Virus record (IMG/VR): IMGVR_UViG_3300012953_000133
Coordinates: 1 to 30,427 of that record
Length of the DNA: 30,427 bases
DNA from: a virus
Lineage: Duplodnaviria; Caudoviricetes
Reading direction: 5' to 3' (one strand)
The notes below the pieces were generated by a model that was given only the letters and a program-made list of their open reading frames with translations, ran no database searches and was not told the DNA's origin. This document shows, piece by piece, positions 19,201-28,843 of this stretch; the first letter of the stretch is position 1; every line of letters begins with the position of its first letter. A program made the position numbers and the translations under genes.

Positions 19201-22200
19201 AAAGAATCCATTGCAGAAATTACAGTAGTGCATTCCTGTGCAGGAAGTAAAGGATCACCAAGAATATTATAGTTAGAATATGTACGAGTATTAGTCCAGT
19301 TACCAACTTTATTTTTATTCTGCTCAGTTTTCTCAACTAAGTTTCTACCTTCCTCAAGAATAGTAATATTAATACTATGATAAGTTTCAAGTGTGCTTTC
19401 TACTTCTGCACATGTAGGAGAATTTGAGTCAACCAATACATTAGGATCTGTAATAGACAATTGATTTCTCATTGCCTGTATACAACCAATTTTGACCTGA
19501 TTCATTATGTAAAGTGTTGACTCTACAGTTCCAGTAATACCTTTACCCTGTAAACCTAAAGATGATGCATCATAATATAATGTTTCTCCATAGGGGTAAT
19601 CATAATCTCTGTAATATAATTGTGCATTCTCTACAATCTTAGAGTTACCACCTAACTTAAGATGATAAACATACGCCTGTATCAATGGTCTCATTTGAAG
19701 AGGATAATATGGTGCTACGCCAGGACCTCCACCCCAACCTAAGTTTGGATACTGTGTTTGAGTTGCATTCAATGCTAATTGAATTATTTCTGTTTCATTC
19801 TTCTCTATCAACTCTCCTGCCTTGTAGAACATACCATTATTCAATGCACTCCAACCAAATTTTGCTTGGTCAGTTCCTGAGAATGATGTAGGTACAATAA
19901 ATGTAGAACCTGGCGGTACATCAAATGTATTGCCAGGTGCAACAGCAGCAGTATTAGTTGCGTTTGTAGATGATCCACCAGCAGCAGTACCAGTTATAGG
20001 AGTGACACCAGATGGTGCTCCACCACCGCCACCAGAGTTTGCTAGTGCTGCATTGTTTAATGTTACTTGAGTCTCACTGTCAATAGATACAATTTTAGTT
20101 CCATCTGGAAATGCTTTACCAGAACTTATAAACAATCCAATAGCAAGATTCTTAGTGCTTGTAACTGTAACTGCTTTCTGTCCTTGAATGTATGCAATTC
20201 CAACATCAATAAAGTCCCAATTTCTAATTGCTAATTTTGCTAATCTATTAGCATATTCAAATATAGCAATAGACTCTGTTTTATTATTTTGAATGTATAG
20301 GTATTCACTACCTGAGTTGAAGATAGATGTGTAGTCAAATGTTTTTACATTTCCACCAAATCTAAGATCATGTTGGAAAGCATCTAATAATGCTCTAATA
20401 TTTGATTCATAATCATCTTGTTTTGTATTCCAATCTAATGATGAGTATGTTGCCTTACCATATCCAACAGATTCATTAATAATAAACTGTACATTTCTTT
20501 CTATTTGATTTGCAGCATCAATCCATGTTCCACTACGTTGGAATATATTTCTTACTTTTTTTAGATGTTTTGTATTATATTGATCATCCTTAAACTGAAA
20601 TACTTTACCATAGAAAGTAACACCTTTATAAGAGGAACCAGCTTTAGATCCATCTCCTAATGGTGGAGCAGAGAATGTAATTTGATCACCAGAAATTGTA
20701 TATGCAACATCAGGTTCTTGTAGTATACCATCTAATGTAACTATCAAACCTTTAGAGGAAGCTGGTGTATATGCAATTCCATCTTTTAAAATTTGGAAGG
20801 ATGTAGTTCCTTGCAATTTACCGTTACTGTCGTATGCACCATCAAATGATCCATTTAATGTAAACTCAAATGCAGTAACTTCATTAAAATTAAATTCACT
20901 AGTTGCAGCAGTTCCAAATGCCTTACGAATTCTTTGATTCTCAACTTTCTGCACTGATTGAGTAATAACGTAAGAAGAGTTTTCAACTGTAATTCTATTT
21001 TTATTTGGGTCCCATAATTGTATTACACTAAAGTGAGATGCTTTTGGAATTTCAACTGGCATCTCGGAACTTGCAGTAGCTTCTATATCTACTTGTCCAA
21101 ATAACTTAAATCCTGCAGGGTGTGTAGTAGACTTAATTAAGTCCCGCCATTGTTCAATAGAAGTCTTAGATTTTACGACATATGAGTAATCTTGATAGAA
21201 GAAACTATCTGTAATTTTTTGATTAGAAACACCAAGTTTACCTTTATCTGATTGATAGAATCCTAGGTTGTCATAGAAACTAGAAATCTGTTCATCAAAT
21301 ACAGTTACAAATATATTGGTTACTGTAGCAGTTACTTCACTTCTTAATATACTTGTTATAGCAACATCTTGTCTGATAATACCTGTTACATTTTCTACCT
21401 TTAAAAGATTAGATCCATCTCTCCATTCTGATACTCTTGCTCTAGAAACTTCTACATTATTAATTTTTTGAACTACAATTTCTCCTCTTCTATAAGTTGG
21501 TAGATCACCACTAATTGGTTTTACACTTAAAATATAATTTGATGTAATAGATGATGCTACTGTTTTATCTAAATGATATGCTGCACCATTTCTAGTAATA
21601 CGAATACTCTTAGGAACACCAATACTATTACTATCCACATATGCATCTACGTCACCTTCTACAATTATTATCTCAGGTGCAAATGTATATCCTCTTCCCT
21701 CATTTTCTACAGTAATAGAAAATATCTTTCCTTGTCTACTAACAATATTAAAACTAGCATCTACTCCATCACCATTTGTAATTATAACTTTAGGATTTGA
21801 GTAGTTAGTTCCTTCATTTGTAATGTTTACTCCAGTTATTATATTAGATGCTGTATCAAACAATACAGTAGCACTTGCTCTGAAAGATTCAGTAGGATCA
21901 GCACCAAGAACTATTGGAACTTTTTTATAATTAATTCCTAAGTTAATAATATCTACAGTGTTTATCTTTCCAATAGCAAACTGTCCAGTGGTTGTGTAAG
22001 AAATAGATCCTGATCCATCCCAAAGTGGTTCACTTGGAATATCATATACAAAACGATTTGGAGTAACGTAATTTACTGTTCTTGTTGACTGTAATGGATC
22101 TGTTGTAATTTTAAAATATGCATTACCAGCACTTACTACATTCTTGTTATCAAAATAATAGAAGTTTGTAAAATCTGTTCCTGTTTTTGTTTGATAGGTA

Positions 22201-25200
22201 TTACCAGCTCTATAACCATATCCAAACTTAACATCTGTAAATGCACCAGCATTACCAGGTAATATTGTAGATGCAATCTTCTCTATTGTTATTAAGTTAA
22301 AGTTATTACTTGGACTAATATCAAAGTAAGTCCCAGTGAGACTAGAATGAGACGTATCAAACTTATACTTATAAAATTCTTGTAAATCTATATTAGGGTT
22401 AGGTACAAATGTACTATTATCTTCTGAGAATTCAAATTCATAGATTGGAGAACTAGTAGAACCAACAGCAACCAATTTCTGTGGTGTACTACTATCAAAG
22501 AAACTAGAACTCAATGCTACTTGTTGTGCATTTGATAATAGAGTTGCATAGTCATAGACTATTACTATTTTTTGTGTTGTGGGATCGTATGATTGAATGT
22601 AACCAGAAGTTGCTCCAGAAAATATTTGGAAGTTAGATGTAAAATTATATCTACCTTGATATAGAGATACTTCTTGACCATCAAAATGATCAACATCAGA
22701 AGTAGATTGATTACCTCTAGTGACAGTAAAAGTATTGTCAGTGATACCAGTTATCTGTAGTATCTCATCTCCTATTTGTACATAATCTTGTTCAGCAAAT
22801 CCATTTGCATTATCTACAACTAGACTAGTGTTTCCAGCAGCAAGACCAGAATGTCCAACATATATTGTTAATCTTGATGTAGACTGTGATGCACCAGACC
22901 TTACTAGATCTTCATCGGCAACTGATAGTAAATCACCTCTAGCATATCCAACACCAGCATTTTCTAATGTAACATTTGATACTACACCCGCACCAGAAAC
23001 AGCAATTGTAGCAGTTGCTCCACTTCCAGATCCTCCTGTAAGAGAAACACCAGTGTAAGTGTTGCTAGTGTAATCAGCACCACCATTGAGGATTTCATAT
23101 CTTCCAACTCCTGTAAAATTAATACTTGTTTTCTTTGATGGAGCAAGTAGTGTTGCTTCCTGATATAATCTTTTTCTTAGATAGTAAGTTTTGGTTGTTG
23201 TACTATCATCAGGATTAATATCTATTGTAACTTTATCACCAATACCAAGACCATGATTATCTGCTGTTTCTACTAGTGCAACACTTTGATTTACCTCAAA
23301 TGGTTCTAGTCCATCACTCAACGATGTGAGTCTTACAATTCTAGTTCCAGATGTATTAAATAAATCATTTGACTGTATAAAGTAAGTAGTATCAACAATC
23401 CATGTACCTGTAAGAACCTTGATCTGGACTACGTTTTGGGAGGATGTTCCTTCTAATACTTCAGCAGTAGCAATAGGTGTGTTGATACCATCAGTCAGAC
23501 TTAATATTGCACCTTTAGTATAAGAACTTCTCTGATCTAATAGAACATCAAATGTTTTTATTGCAGCACTAAATGTTCCTGTGTTATCAAATGCACCATT
23601 TACATTTCTAAGAACAATAGTATTGTCATTTCTAACTGTACCAACAATAGAACCAAATGCACCAGATGATGGTTGAGTTAAAGTATCATCAACAAACAAA
23701 TATGCAGATTGTATTGTTGTTAGTTTAACAACTTTACTTTGTTTTGATTCTAAGTAATTTACACTCTTTCCTTTTACAGAAGAAACAATTGCTTCTGCCT
23801 CAGATCCCTCTGTCCCTTTATTATCCAGATATATCTGAGAATTAATAGAAAAATTAGGAGATGAATCTACTACACCAACAGCATCAACTGTACCTGGTTT
23901 TACATCAGATATTGTTGCTATAAATCCATCACCATTTCTAGGCATTCCTGTTTCATACAATCTCTTTGATTTTTTAGGAATATCATCTTGACTGATATTA
24001 GAATTGTAATTACTATCAACAGGCAAGGAGTAGAAGTTCTCTCCTAAAATGTATGGGTACTGCGGTACTTGATTGCTATCAATAGTAATGAAATAAGCAT
24101 AAGTTCCTTTCGGAAATTCTGGGGTAATACAAAATCTTCCATTGTTCTTATCTAGTGTGCCACTTTTGTGGGTATAGGTGTAGTCATTGACAAAAGTCCC
24201 TATCGGGTATGCCGACAGTGAAGGACCGTTTGAACGACTACCATTAATAGAATAACTAGAAGTCATCCTAATAATAGAAGAAGATGAGTCTAGAGGATCT
24301 TGATATGCAAATGCACCATATATGGGGTTACCATCATATGCGAATCCAATAATGGGAGAATGAGTTTTAGATGCTGGTTCTGTTCCAGAAGTACTCAAAT
24401 TATCATTAAGATCAACACGAAGTGCTTTAGGGTTTGCAACATATCCATAACCATATTCCAATACGTTATTATAATTTGCAAATATACATCCATTTTCAGT
24501 ATCTAAATTATTTTCTAATTTTTTATACCTATTGTAATTCCATTCTTTTAAAAGAGGTATACCAGTTGCTCCATTACCAACAGGAATAATATCTACTATT
24601 ACAGTGTTTTGATTATAAAAGTTGCCCTCTCCAATCTTATTAAATCCTGTTATCTGTCCATCAGTGTTTACTATTGCCTCATACTCAGCAAATCTACCAC
24701 GACCAGCATTATCTCTAATTACAACTTGTGGAGGTGAAGAATAAAACTCACCAGGATTGTCAATACTTAGACTCGTTACTTTTCCACCTGTAACAATAGC
24801 ACTAACAACAGCATTACGACCTGATGTAATTGTGATATCAGGAGTTCTAGGAAATATATCAGTGGTGTCTACAGTTATACTTTCTACTACTTGACCAGCA
24901 AGAACTGCTCTTGCTTTACTAGGCACTTGATCAACTAATACAAAAGGAGGGTTTCTATATCCTGTTCCTCTTAAATCAACTCTAATTTCTTCTAATAAAC
25001 CAAATCTAATACTTTCTGGATCTTTGTAACTATAAAAGGGAACACCATTCAATCCAATACCAATATCAGTTTTAGGTGTAGGATATGTCTCTGTAGTTCT
25101 AGTTGCTTCTTTTCTAATAATTTTTAATAACTTCTGATCTAATACTTCTTCATTAACTGTAGTTCCATCAAGAATTTTATGTGATGGAAAACTAGAACTA

Positions 25201-26630
25201 GCAATATAGTAATATTGATCATCTGCAAATATACCAGATACATCTGTAGGGACTTGATCTAATGAGTTTGTAACTGATGGCAATGTAGGAACATTTACAG
25301 CACCAAATGTACTCTTGATCCAACGAGTCTGATTTGTACCTACATTTACAATCTTAGAATCGGCAGTCTCAAAACCAGGATTAGATATTTGTAACTTATC
25401 TCCAACATCAGAGAATGGTTGTCCTTCTTTTGGTAGTGCATTATATACAACTCCAAGTGTCAATAATGTAACACCACTACCTACCAATGTTACAGGTTTA
25501 TATACAGACTCCTCAACACTGTGTATGACTGCGTTTTGAGCAACTCTATTATCAATAATAAATTGAGTGGCAGTTTTAGCACTGAATGTAATTGTTTCAC
25601 TTCCAATTAATATTGATCCTGTTTTGTCCCATCCTATTGTAGAAAAAACATTTACTCTATCACCTGTGCTTGCAGTTCCTGTTAATGTTGTCTCAAGACG
25701 AGTCTTAGTTGAGACACTAAAATCACCATTAACTGTTTCTGGTGCTAATACAATATTATAAATTTGCTCACCATCAGATGAACCATCAGCATAGACGTTA
25801 TCTACTGTTGCATCTGCATATCCATACTCTTCAGTCTCTGCCTGTACTATCTTCTTTCCAACTAAACTCTTAACATCACCAGATACAACTTTTGCTTTTA
25901 TTGCATATACATTTACCCAATCTGCATTAGATACTTTGTATGTAAAATCTCTTGGTTTGTATACTTCTGGTTTATTAGTATGATCCTTAGCAACAATAGT
26001 ATTGAATACAAACTCAATAGAACTTGTAGTTCCTTTTGCTTTATAAAATTTTTGTATATTCTTAATTAAGGTCCTCTTATCAACTTCACCCTTAAGATAT
26101 TTCTCAGGAAAAGAACCTAAGTATTGATTCTCAAAACTCTTAATAAAAGAATATAGAAAAAGATTACTTACATTAAAAACCGTCGCACCAGAGCTATGTG
26201 ATGCTGCATCTGTGCTGGTGTACTCTGACGAGCTATAAAGATCACCCAGAGTTGTGTTACCGCTAACACCTCTAACTGCTCCTGATAGAGTTGTTCCTGT
26301 TCGTGATTCATAGAAAATTATCTCATTGTCTATTCTTACATATCCGTTCTTTTCTGGAAAACTCGTCGCATCTTCCAATACAATTGTAGTGTCAGAAGTA
26401 GAGATATTAGTGACCAGACTATCATGCTGTTTAAGTATGTTTTGTTCATAGTAATCAATGTCTGCATATTTTTCTATATTTGTAATAATATCTAAAGTAC
26501 CACCTTGTACCTCCTGTTGTTCATAATACTTCTGAATGAATTTACTAAACAATTCATACTCAGATGTAATGAACTCAGGAAGTTGTGACTCAATTAGAGT
26601 TGATATCCTCTTTGTCTTTACAGATGGCAT
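16260..26630 (-). CDS. gp7: Baseplate wedge initiator gp7-like giant multidomain protein (3456 aa)
   Basis: Between gp6 and gp8; IESQLPEFI..EY..F..FI..YY N-terminus, LIKNIQKFYKAKGT..S..F.F, DSFFYQDYSYVVKS and HPAGFKLFG motifs; split YHYH-like domain; many internal repeats. Confidence 0.85.
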   Translation of the reverse strand: MPSVKTKRISTLIESQLPEFITSEYELFSKFIQKYYEQQEVQGGTLDIITNIEKYADIDYYEQNILKQHDSLVTNISTSDTTIVLEDATSFPEKNGYVRIDNEIIFYESRTGTTLSGAVRGVSGNTTLGDLYSSSEYTSTDAASHSSGATVFNVSNLFLYSFIKSFENQYLGSFPEKYLKGEVDKRTLIKNIQKFYKAKGTTSSIEFVFNTIVAKDHTNKPEVYKPRDFTYKVSNADWVNVYAIKAKVVSGDVKSLVGKKIVQAETEEYGYADATVDNVYADGSSDGEQIYNIVLAPETVNGDFSVSTKTRLETTLTGTASTGDRVNVFSTIGWDKTGSILIGSETITFSAKTATQFIIDNRVAQNAVIHSVEESVYKPVTLVGSGVTLLTLGVVYNALPKEGQPFSDVGDKLQISNPGFETADSKIVNVGTNQTRWIKSTFGAVNVPTLPSVTNSLDQVPTDVSGIFADDQYYYIASSSFPSHKILDGTTVNEEVLDQKLLKIIRKEATRTTETYPTPKTDIGIGLNGVPFYSYKDPESIRFGLLEEIRVDLRGTGYRNPPFVLVDQVPSKARAVLAGQVVESITVDTTDIFPRTPDITITSGRNAVVSAIVTGGKVTSLSIDNPGEFYSSPPQVVIRDNAGRGRFAEYEAIVNTDGQITGFNKIGEGNFYNQNTVIVDIIPVGNGATGIPLLKEWNYNRYKKLENNLDTENGCIFANYNNVLEYGYGYVANPKALRVDLNDNLSTSGTEPASKTHSPIIGFAYDGNPIYGAFAYQDPLDSSSSIIRMTSSYSINGSRSNGPSLSAYPIGTFVNDYTYTHKSGTLDKNNGRFCITPEFPKGTYAYFITIDSNQVPQYPYILGENFYSLPVDSNYNSNISQDDIPKKSKRLYETGMPRNGDGFIATISDVKPGTVDAVGVVDSSPNFSINSQIYLDNKGTEGSEAEAIVSSVKGKSVNYLESKQSKVVKLTTIQSAYLFVDDTLTQPSSGAFGSIVGTVRNDNTIVLRNVNGAFDNTGTFSAAIKTFDVLLDQRSSYTKGAILSLTDGINTPIATAEVLEGTSSQNVVQIKVLTGTWIVDTTYFIQSNDLFNTSGTRIVRLTSLSDGLEPFEVNQSVALVETADNHGLGIGDKVTIDINPDDSTTTKTYYLRKRLYQEATLLAPSKKTSINFTGVGRYEILNGGADYTSNTYTGVSLTGGSGSGATATIAVSGAGVVSNVTLENAGVGYARGDLLSVADEDLVRSGASQSTSRLTIYVGHSGLAAGNTSLVVDNANGFAEQDYVQIGDEILQITGITDNTFTVTRGNQSTSDVDHFDGQEVSLYQGRYNFTSNFQIFSGATSGYIQSYDPTTQKIVIVYDYATLLSNAQQVALSSSFFDSSTPQKLVAVGSTSSPIYEFEFSEDNSTFVPNPNIDLQEFYKYKFDTSHSSLTGTYFDISPSNNFNLITIEKIASTILPGNAGAFTDVKFGYGYRAGNTYQTKTGTDFTNFYYFDNKNVVSAGNAYFKITTDPLQSTRTVNYVTPNRFVYDIPSEPLWDGSGSISYTTTGQFAIGKINTVDIINLGINYKKVPIVLGADPTESFRASATVLFDTASNIITGVNITNEGTNYSNPKVIITNGDGVDASFNIVSRQGKIFSITVENEGRGYTFAPEIIIVEGDVDAYVDSNSIGVPKSIRITRNGAAYHLDKTVASSITSNYILSVKPISGDLPTYRRGEIVVQKINNVEVSRARVSEWRDGSNLLKVENVTGIIRQDVAITSILRSEVTATVTNIFVTVFDEQISSFYDNLGFYQSDKGKLGVSNQKITDSFFYQDYSYVVKSKTSIEQWRDLIKSTTHPAGFKLFGQVDIEATASSEMPVEIPKASHFSVIQLWDPNKNRITVENSSYVITQSVQKVENQRIRKAFGTAATSEFNFNEVTAFEFTLNGSFDGAYDSNGKLQGTTSFQILKDGIAYTPASSKGLIVTLDGILQEPDVAYTISGDQITFSAPPLGDGSKAGSSYKGVTFYGKVFQFKDDQYNTKHLKKVRNIFQRSGTWIDAANQIERNVQFIINESVGYGKATYSSLDWNTKQDDYESNIRALLDAFQHDLRFGGNVKTFDYTSIFNSGSEYLYIQNNKTESIAIFEYANRLAKLAIRNWDFIDVGIAYIQGQKAVTVTSTKNLAIGLFISSGKAFPDGTKIVSIDSETQVTLNNAALANSGGGGGAPSGVTPITGTAAGGSSTNATNTAAVAPGNTFDVPPGSTFIVPTSFSGTDQAKFGWSALNNGMFYKAGELIEKNETEIIQLALNATQTQYPNLGWGGGPGVAPYYPLQMRPLIQAYVYHLKLGGNSKIVENAQLYYRDYDYPYGETLYYDASSLGLQGKGITGTVESTLYIMNQVKIGCIQAMRNQLSITDPNVLVDSNSPTCAEVESTLETYHSINITILEEGRNLVEKTEQNKNKVGNWTNTRTYSNYNILGDPLLPAQECTTVISAMDSLHDNLSDIISEKTVTKSLPDYIDGETTDFELYWDDNTEVDTEKDENLFLSLNAVIQRPKFTENYPLQDAYLIDRTVIPNIIKFDVPPIWDQDLGAKTIGEPTAVEKVTGIGVGNYKRLTIDKDLVDGVRNGPFLILDVEDLTVQSIESEDNLYVFLDGVLQVNGKAYTVSGPNITFATSIKPEMQIDMRYLYGRDVGQILNIYDFAPDTYFATGTFSFDTDATTMTNLLGYTWMGDALGAPIHVWQVRANGTLNIIGALSNATSSGSTVTFEIRGQNGSIESGLDFVFAPRGYYSRTFTIADADISNELLNYNADSDGRKLLKDNNAIWAGTSIGRTYKPPFVYLSKEDKIRVEGEEGFRKVKELPQTATSKDGRPSEQLTDDIFGAVSIETYTGITRGEGLSVVAKVENGSVVSLTWNQRNYDPVTQPTAYQYFTPPVLKFIPNDSTGGGARANVLVSKGQVISVDLIDGGSGYTVAPKVVTTRRFDILTERDIGVSLINIGLQTSVQSGGMTSSSVINEISAAGVTNVSGISSLDVKIGADAEIVLERDLFPDEIEVFSIGGQLDPERDFLEIFTNRPTAAADVQVFEGPSYEATVVSAEVQDIVSLNSISTVSKAITATTQIDIPNNAISNVNFFENAAVLDLDFFIGDVIAYIADTSKFAGQGRLLIGDELIYYEKKLDDRFYQIIRGYQGTPERDWVAGTYLRQIEDVTVVAAGLLQIQSESDVSMVSAPAAGISALERVQQRQIISGDFSVAQRETQVTLIPPPSGAIDQYQETIFLVDPVPVRAGNTTGGHDGSVDLIEINGGYHVARRLSTEVLIVNSVFGRDIQYQGNYIATNVGHNVSHFDGIFEDGSSDVSGISIGDVSRYFADLTIGDFTRRGDSSYLLSGTKFNLAPPSIQNPVAFSVTAGSPIPSTITVGSTNYFPTSGYIFHSNGTFTGIVKYTGKTANSFTGCTLHNGSNQIASGSEIVPTTIV
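16270..26390 (-). repeat. Five dispersed copies of a ~55-aa beta module within gp7
   Basis: Pattern I.V..T..F...G.+.I..E.I.Y......F....RG at approx. 26390-26180, 25665-25500, 22830-22665, 17245-17080 and 16445-16270 (protein level, approximate bounds). Confidence 0.7.
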
Positions 26631-26633
26631 TTC

Positions 26634-28430
26634 TTACTCTTTATATGCAGTGAATGATGAATTTGCGACATCAACGTCAAGATAAACTTCACGCATTGCT
26701 TTGATATCATTTGATAATGGTTTTACCCTTACCGAAATTCTGTTATCAAAGAAACTACCTTTAATTATTGTCAAGTTATACATTTTTAACTCACCTCTTA
26801 CATAATCTATATCACCAATATCATTGTCTAGTACAACTTTTTCACCAGTTACGGTATCTAGTCTATATAGGATGATTTTACCAGATCTATCCTCAACATA
26901 AACATCAAAATTAGGATACTCTGTTACTCTAAAACCAGTAGATGACAATACAGGATCATCACAGTCCTCATCAAAAGAATTCTGGAAACATACCTCGTAA
27001 TAGAAGGTAGAATTAAGAGAAGGATAAAAATCCTTTCTCATTGTGAGACTCGTGAGATTAGAATTGATACTCTTATCAGCATCATCTATTACACCTACAA
27101 ACTTACTGTATCTAAACTTACCATTAAACTTCTCAGTATCACTTGTATCAATATAAGACTGTATAGAACCAATAACCTTATCTCTAATTTGTGTTGGTGT
27201 CTGATCTGTAATTAGACTGTTGTAATATATCTTACTATTCATCTCAACGTATAGAATAGAAGGATCTACAATCTGTGGTTCTACAGATGCAACAACGTAT
27301 TTCTTAAGATCTGCAACAATCTTGTTTTTTGTTAATGATGTAAGGTAACTAGCATCAGTTGGTTTCAATACAATGAATACTTTTCCATATTGTGGTGGTT
27401 CTTGATCCTCTCCACCAAATATAATGATGTCACTTGTTGCTGGATATACTTTTCTTACAATTGCTTCATAATCATCTGCGGTCACTGCACGCTCCTGTGT
27501 GCCATATGCTTTTGGAGCAGTATATTTTATCTTTTGTGTGCTTTCTATCTCTTCACCGCCCGCTGCTGCAACAGTAGAGTTAATTGTAACTGAGAAAGAA
27601 GTAGGTGATACGTTATTAGTATTTTCTAATACACCAGAGAATACAAATGTTCTTACACCATTACTTTCAGGACCTGATGTTATCAAATATGATACTTCTA
27701 TTCTTGCATTGTTATCTAATTTTTTACCTAATATACCATCACCCAATAATATCTCATATCTTTCATCTTCTATCTCATCTAAGAAGAATACTTTTGATGT
27801 ACCATCAACTCCTAGTATGTTATCTGCAACTAGATATGGTTCATTAAATGATCCACCAGTAGGATATACTTTAACTCTAATTGTATTAGTGTCTATGTTT
27901 TGATTATCAAGAATAAATCTTTGTGATTTACTTGCTGTGTTGACAGTGAATGTATTGATAAGTTGTGTTCCTTCATTTACAGCAACATCTGTAAAGATTG
28001 CTACGCCATTTGCTACTTGTGCTTTTACATCATCCAATACAACATAGTTGTAAATGTTATTGTCATATGTTGCTGTAAATCCAGTTCCTTTCTTTAATAA
28101 TAATTCTGTATCAGTTGTTGCGTTAGTATATGTGACAGTAAATGAAATATATGCTGTAGGAGAGGTTGCACTCTTTGGTCTATACCCTAATTGCTTTGCT
28201 AATGCTACTACGTTGTCTCTTAGTGTTGCTGAATCAATGAATAACTCATTGACTACCATATTGGTATTAAATGCTGTGTAGTAAGTATTATAGGCAAGTG
28301 TGTCAAGAAGTACAGAAAGAGTAGACCCTTCAAAATCGTAATCAGTAAAATCCGACTGAGCTCTCATATACTCTTTGAGAGAAGTCTTGATTTGATTAAA
28401 GTCTAAATTTGAGACCTGTGTATAAGGCAT
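26634..28430 (-). CDS. gp6: Baseplate wedge subunit gp6 (598 aa)
   Basis: LDFNQIK..LK.YM.AQ..FTDYDFEGS.LS.LLD.LAYNTYY, LFIDSATLRDNVV.LAK.LGY.P.S, RAVTADDY, PPQYGKVFI and G.IDY..G motifs. Confidence 0.95.
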   Translation of the reverse strand: MPYTQVSNLDFNQIKTSLKEYMRAQSDFTDYDFEGSTLSVLLDTLAYNTYYTAFNTNMVVNELFIDSATLRDNVVALAKQLGYRPKSATSPTAYISFTVTYTNATTDTELLLKKGTGFTATYDNNIYNYVVLDDVKAQVANGVAIFTDVAVNEGTQLINTFTVNTASKSQRFILDNQNIDTNTIRVKVYPTGGSFNEPYLVADNILGVDGTSKVFFLDEIEDERYEILLGDGILGKKLDNNARIEVSYLITSGPESNGVRTFVFSGVLENTNNVSPTSFSVTINSTVAAAGGEEIESTQKIKYTAPKAYGTQERAVTADDYEAIVRKVYPATSDIIIFGGEDQEPPQYGKVFIVLKPTDASYLTSLTKNKIVADLKKYVVASVEPQIVDPSILYVEMNSKIYYNSLITDQTPTQIRDKVIGSIQSYIDTSDTEKFNGKFRYSKFVGVIDDADKSINSNLTSLTMRKDFYPSLNSTFYYEVCFQNSFDEDCDDPVLSSTGFRVTEYPNFDVYVEDRSGKIILYRLDTVTGEKVVLDNDIGDIDYVRGELKMYNLTIIKGSFFDNRISVRVKPLSNDIKAMREVYLDVDVANSSFTAYKE

Positions 28431-28822
28431 TATCTTGTACGTTCTAGAAATACATCAGCAACTATTCTGCCATCGTCTCTACCAAGAATTTCATATTCTA
28501 TTGAAACGTCAAAACCATTGTTATCAAAGTCAGGATCTGCTTTGACTGTTAATACATTAATTCTAGGTTCATATTTAACAAGACATTCTCTGACACGACC
28601 ACTTATAGCAGCAGCAGTACCCCAGTCTGCTTGTTCAAACAATAGTTCACGAATACCAGAACCTATATCAGGTTTGAATGGTCGGTCACCATTATTGGTC
28701 TGCAACAAATTAGAGATTGATTGAGCAATAGCAACCTTATCCTTCACTGTGACTAGATCATCAGTGACAGGATGTTTTTTGAATACTACACTCAAATCTT
28801 TAAATGTTGACTGTTGTGGCAT
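28430..28822 (-). CDS. gp25: Baseplate wedge subunit gp25 (130 aa)
   Basis: FKDLS..F..HPVT.DL, AI.QSI.NL..T..G.RPF.PDIGS.I..LLFE and YEPRI motifs; TAATG overlap with gp6. Confidence 0.95.
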   Translation of the reverse strand: MPQQSTFKDLSVVFKKHPVTDDLVTVKDKVAIAQSISNLLQTNNGDRPFKPDIGSGIRELLFEQADWGTAAAISGRVRECLVKYEPRINVLTVKADPDFDNNGFDVSIEYEILGRDDGRIVADVFLERTR

Positions 28823-28843
28823 ATAGACAGCATAGGCTGCTAT
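28823..28843 (-). promoter_or_regulatory. Stem-loop abutting the gp25 start codon
   Basis: mRNA AUAG-CAGC-CUAU-GCUG-U-CUAU immediately followed by AUG (28822). Confidence 0.5.

Noticed and set aside
11466-24165. 13-bp exact repeat TAGTGTGCCACTT at 11466..11478 and 24153..24165
   Set aside because: Both encode S-G-T-L, and isolated 13-mer matches are expected by chance in 30 kb of biased sequence.
26180-26240. GC-richer patch in 5' gp7 with CACCAG/CTGGTG and GATG/CATC complementarity
   Set aside because: Short, interrupted stems and no supporting context.
26628-26636. gp6 stop is in frame with gp7 (TAA GAA ATG); likewise the DUF4815 stop and the 71-aa gene
   Set aside because: One-in-three chance each, TAA is rarely read through, and no recoding signal is visible; gp6 and gp7 are separate proteins in T4-like phages.
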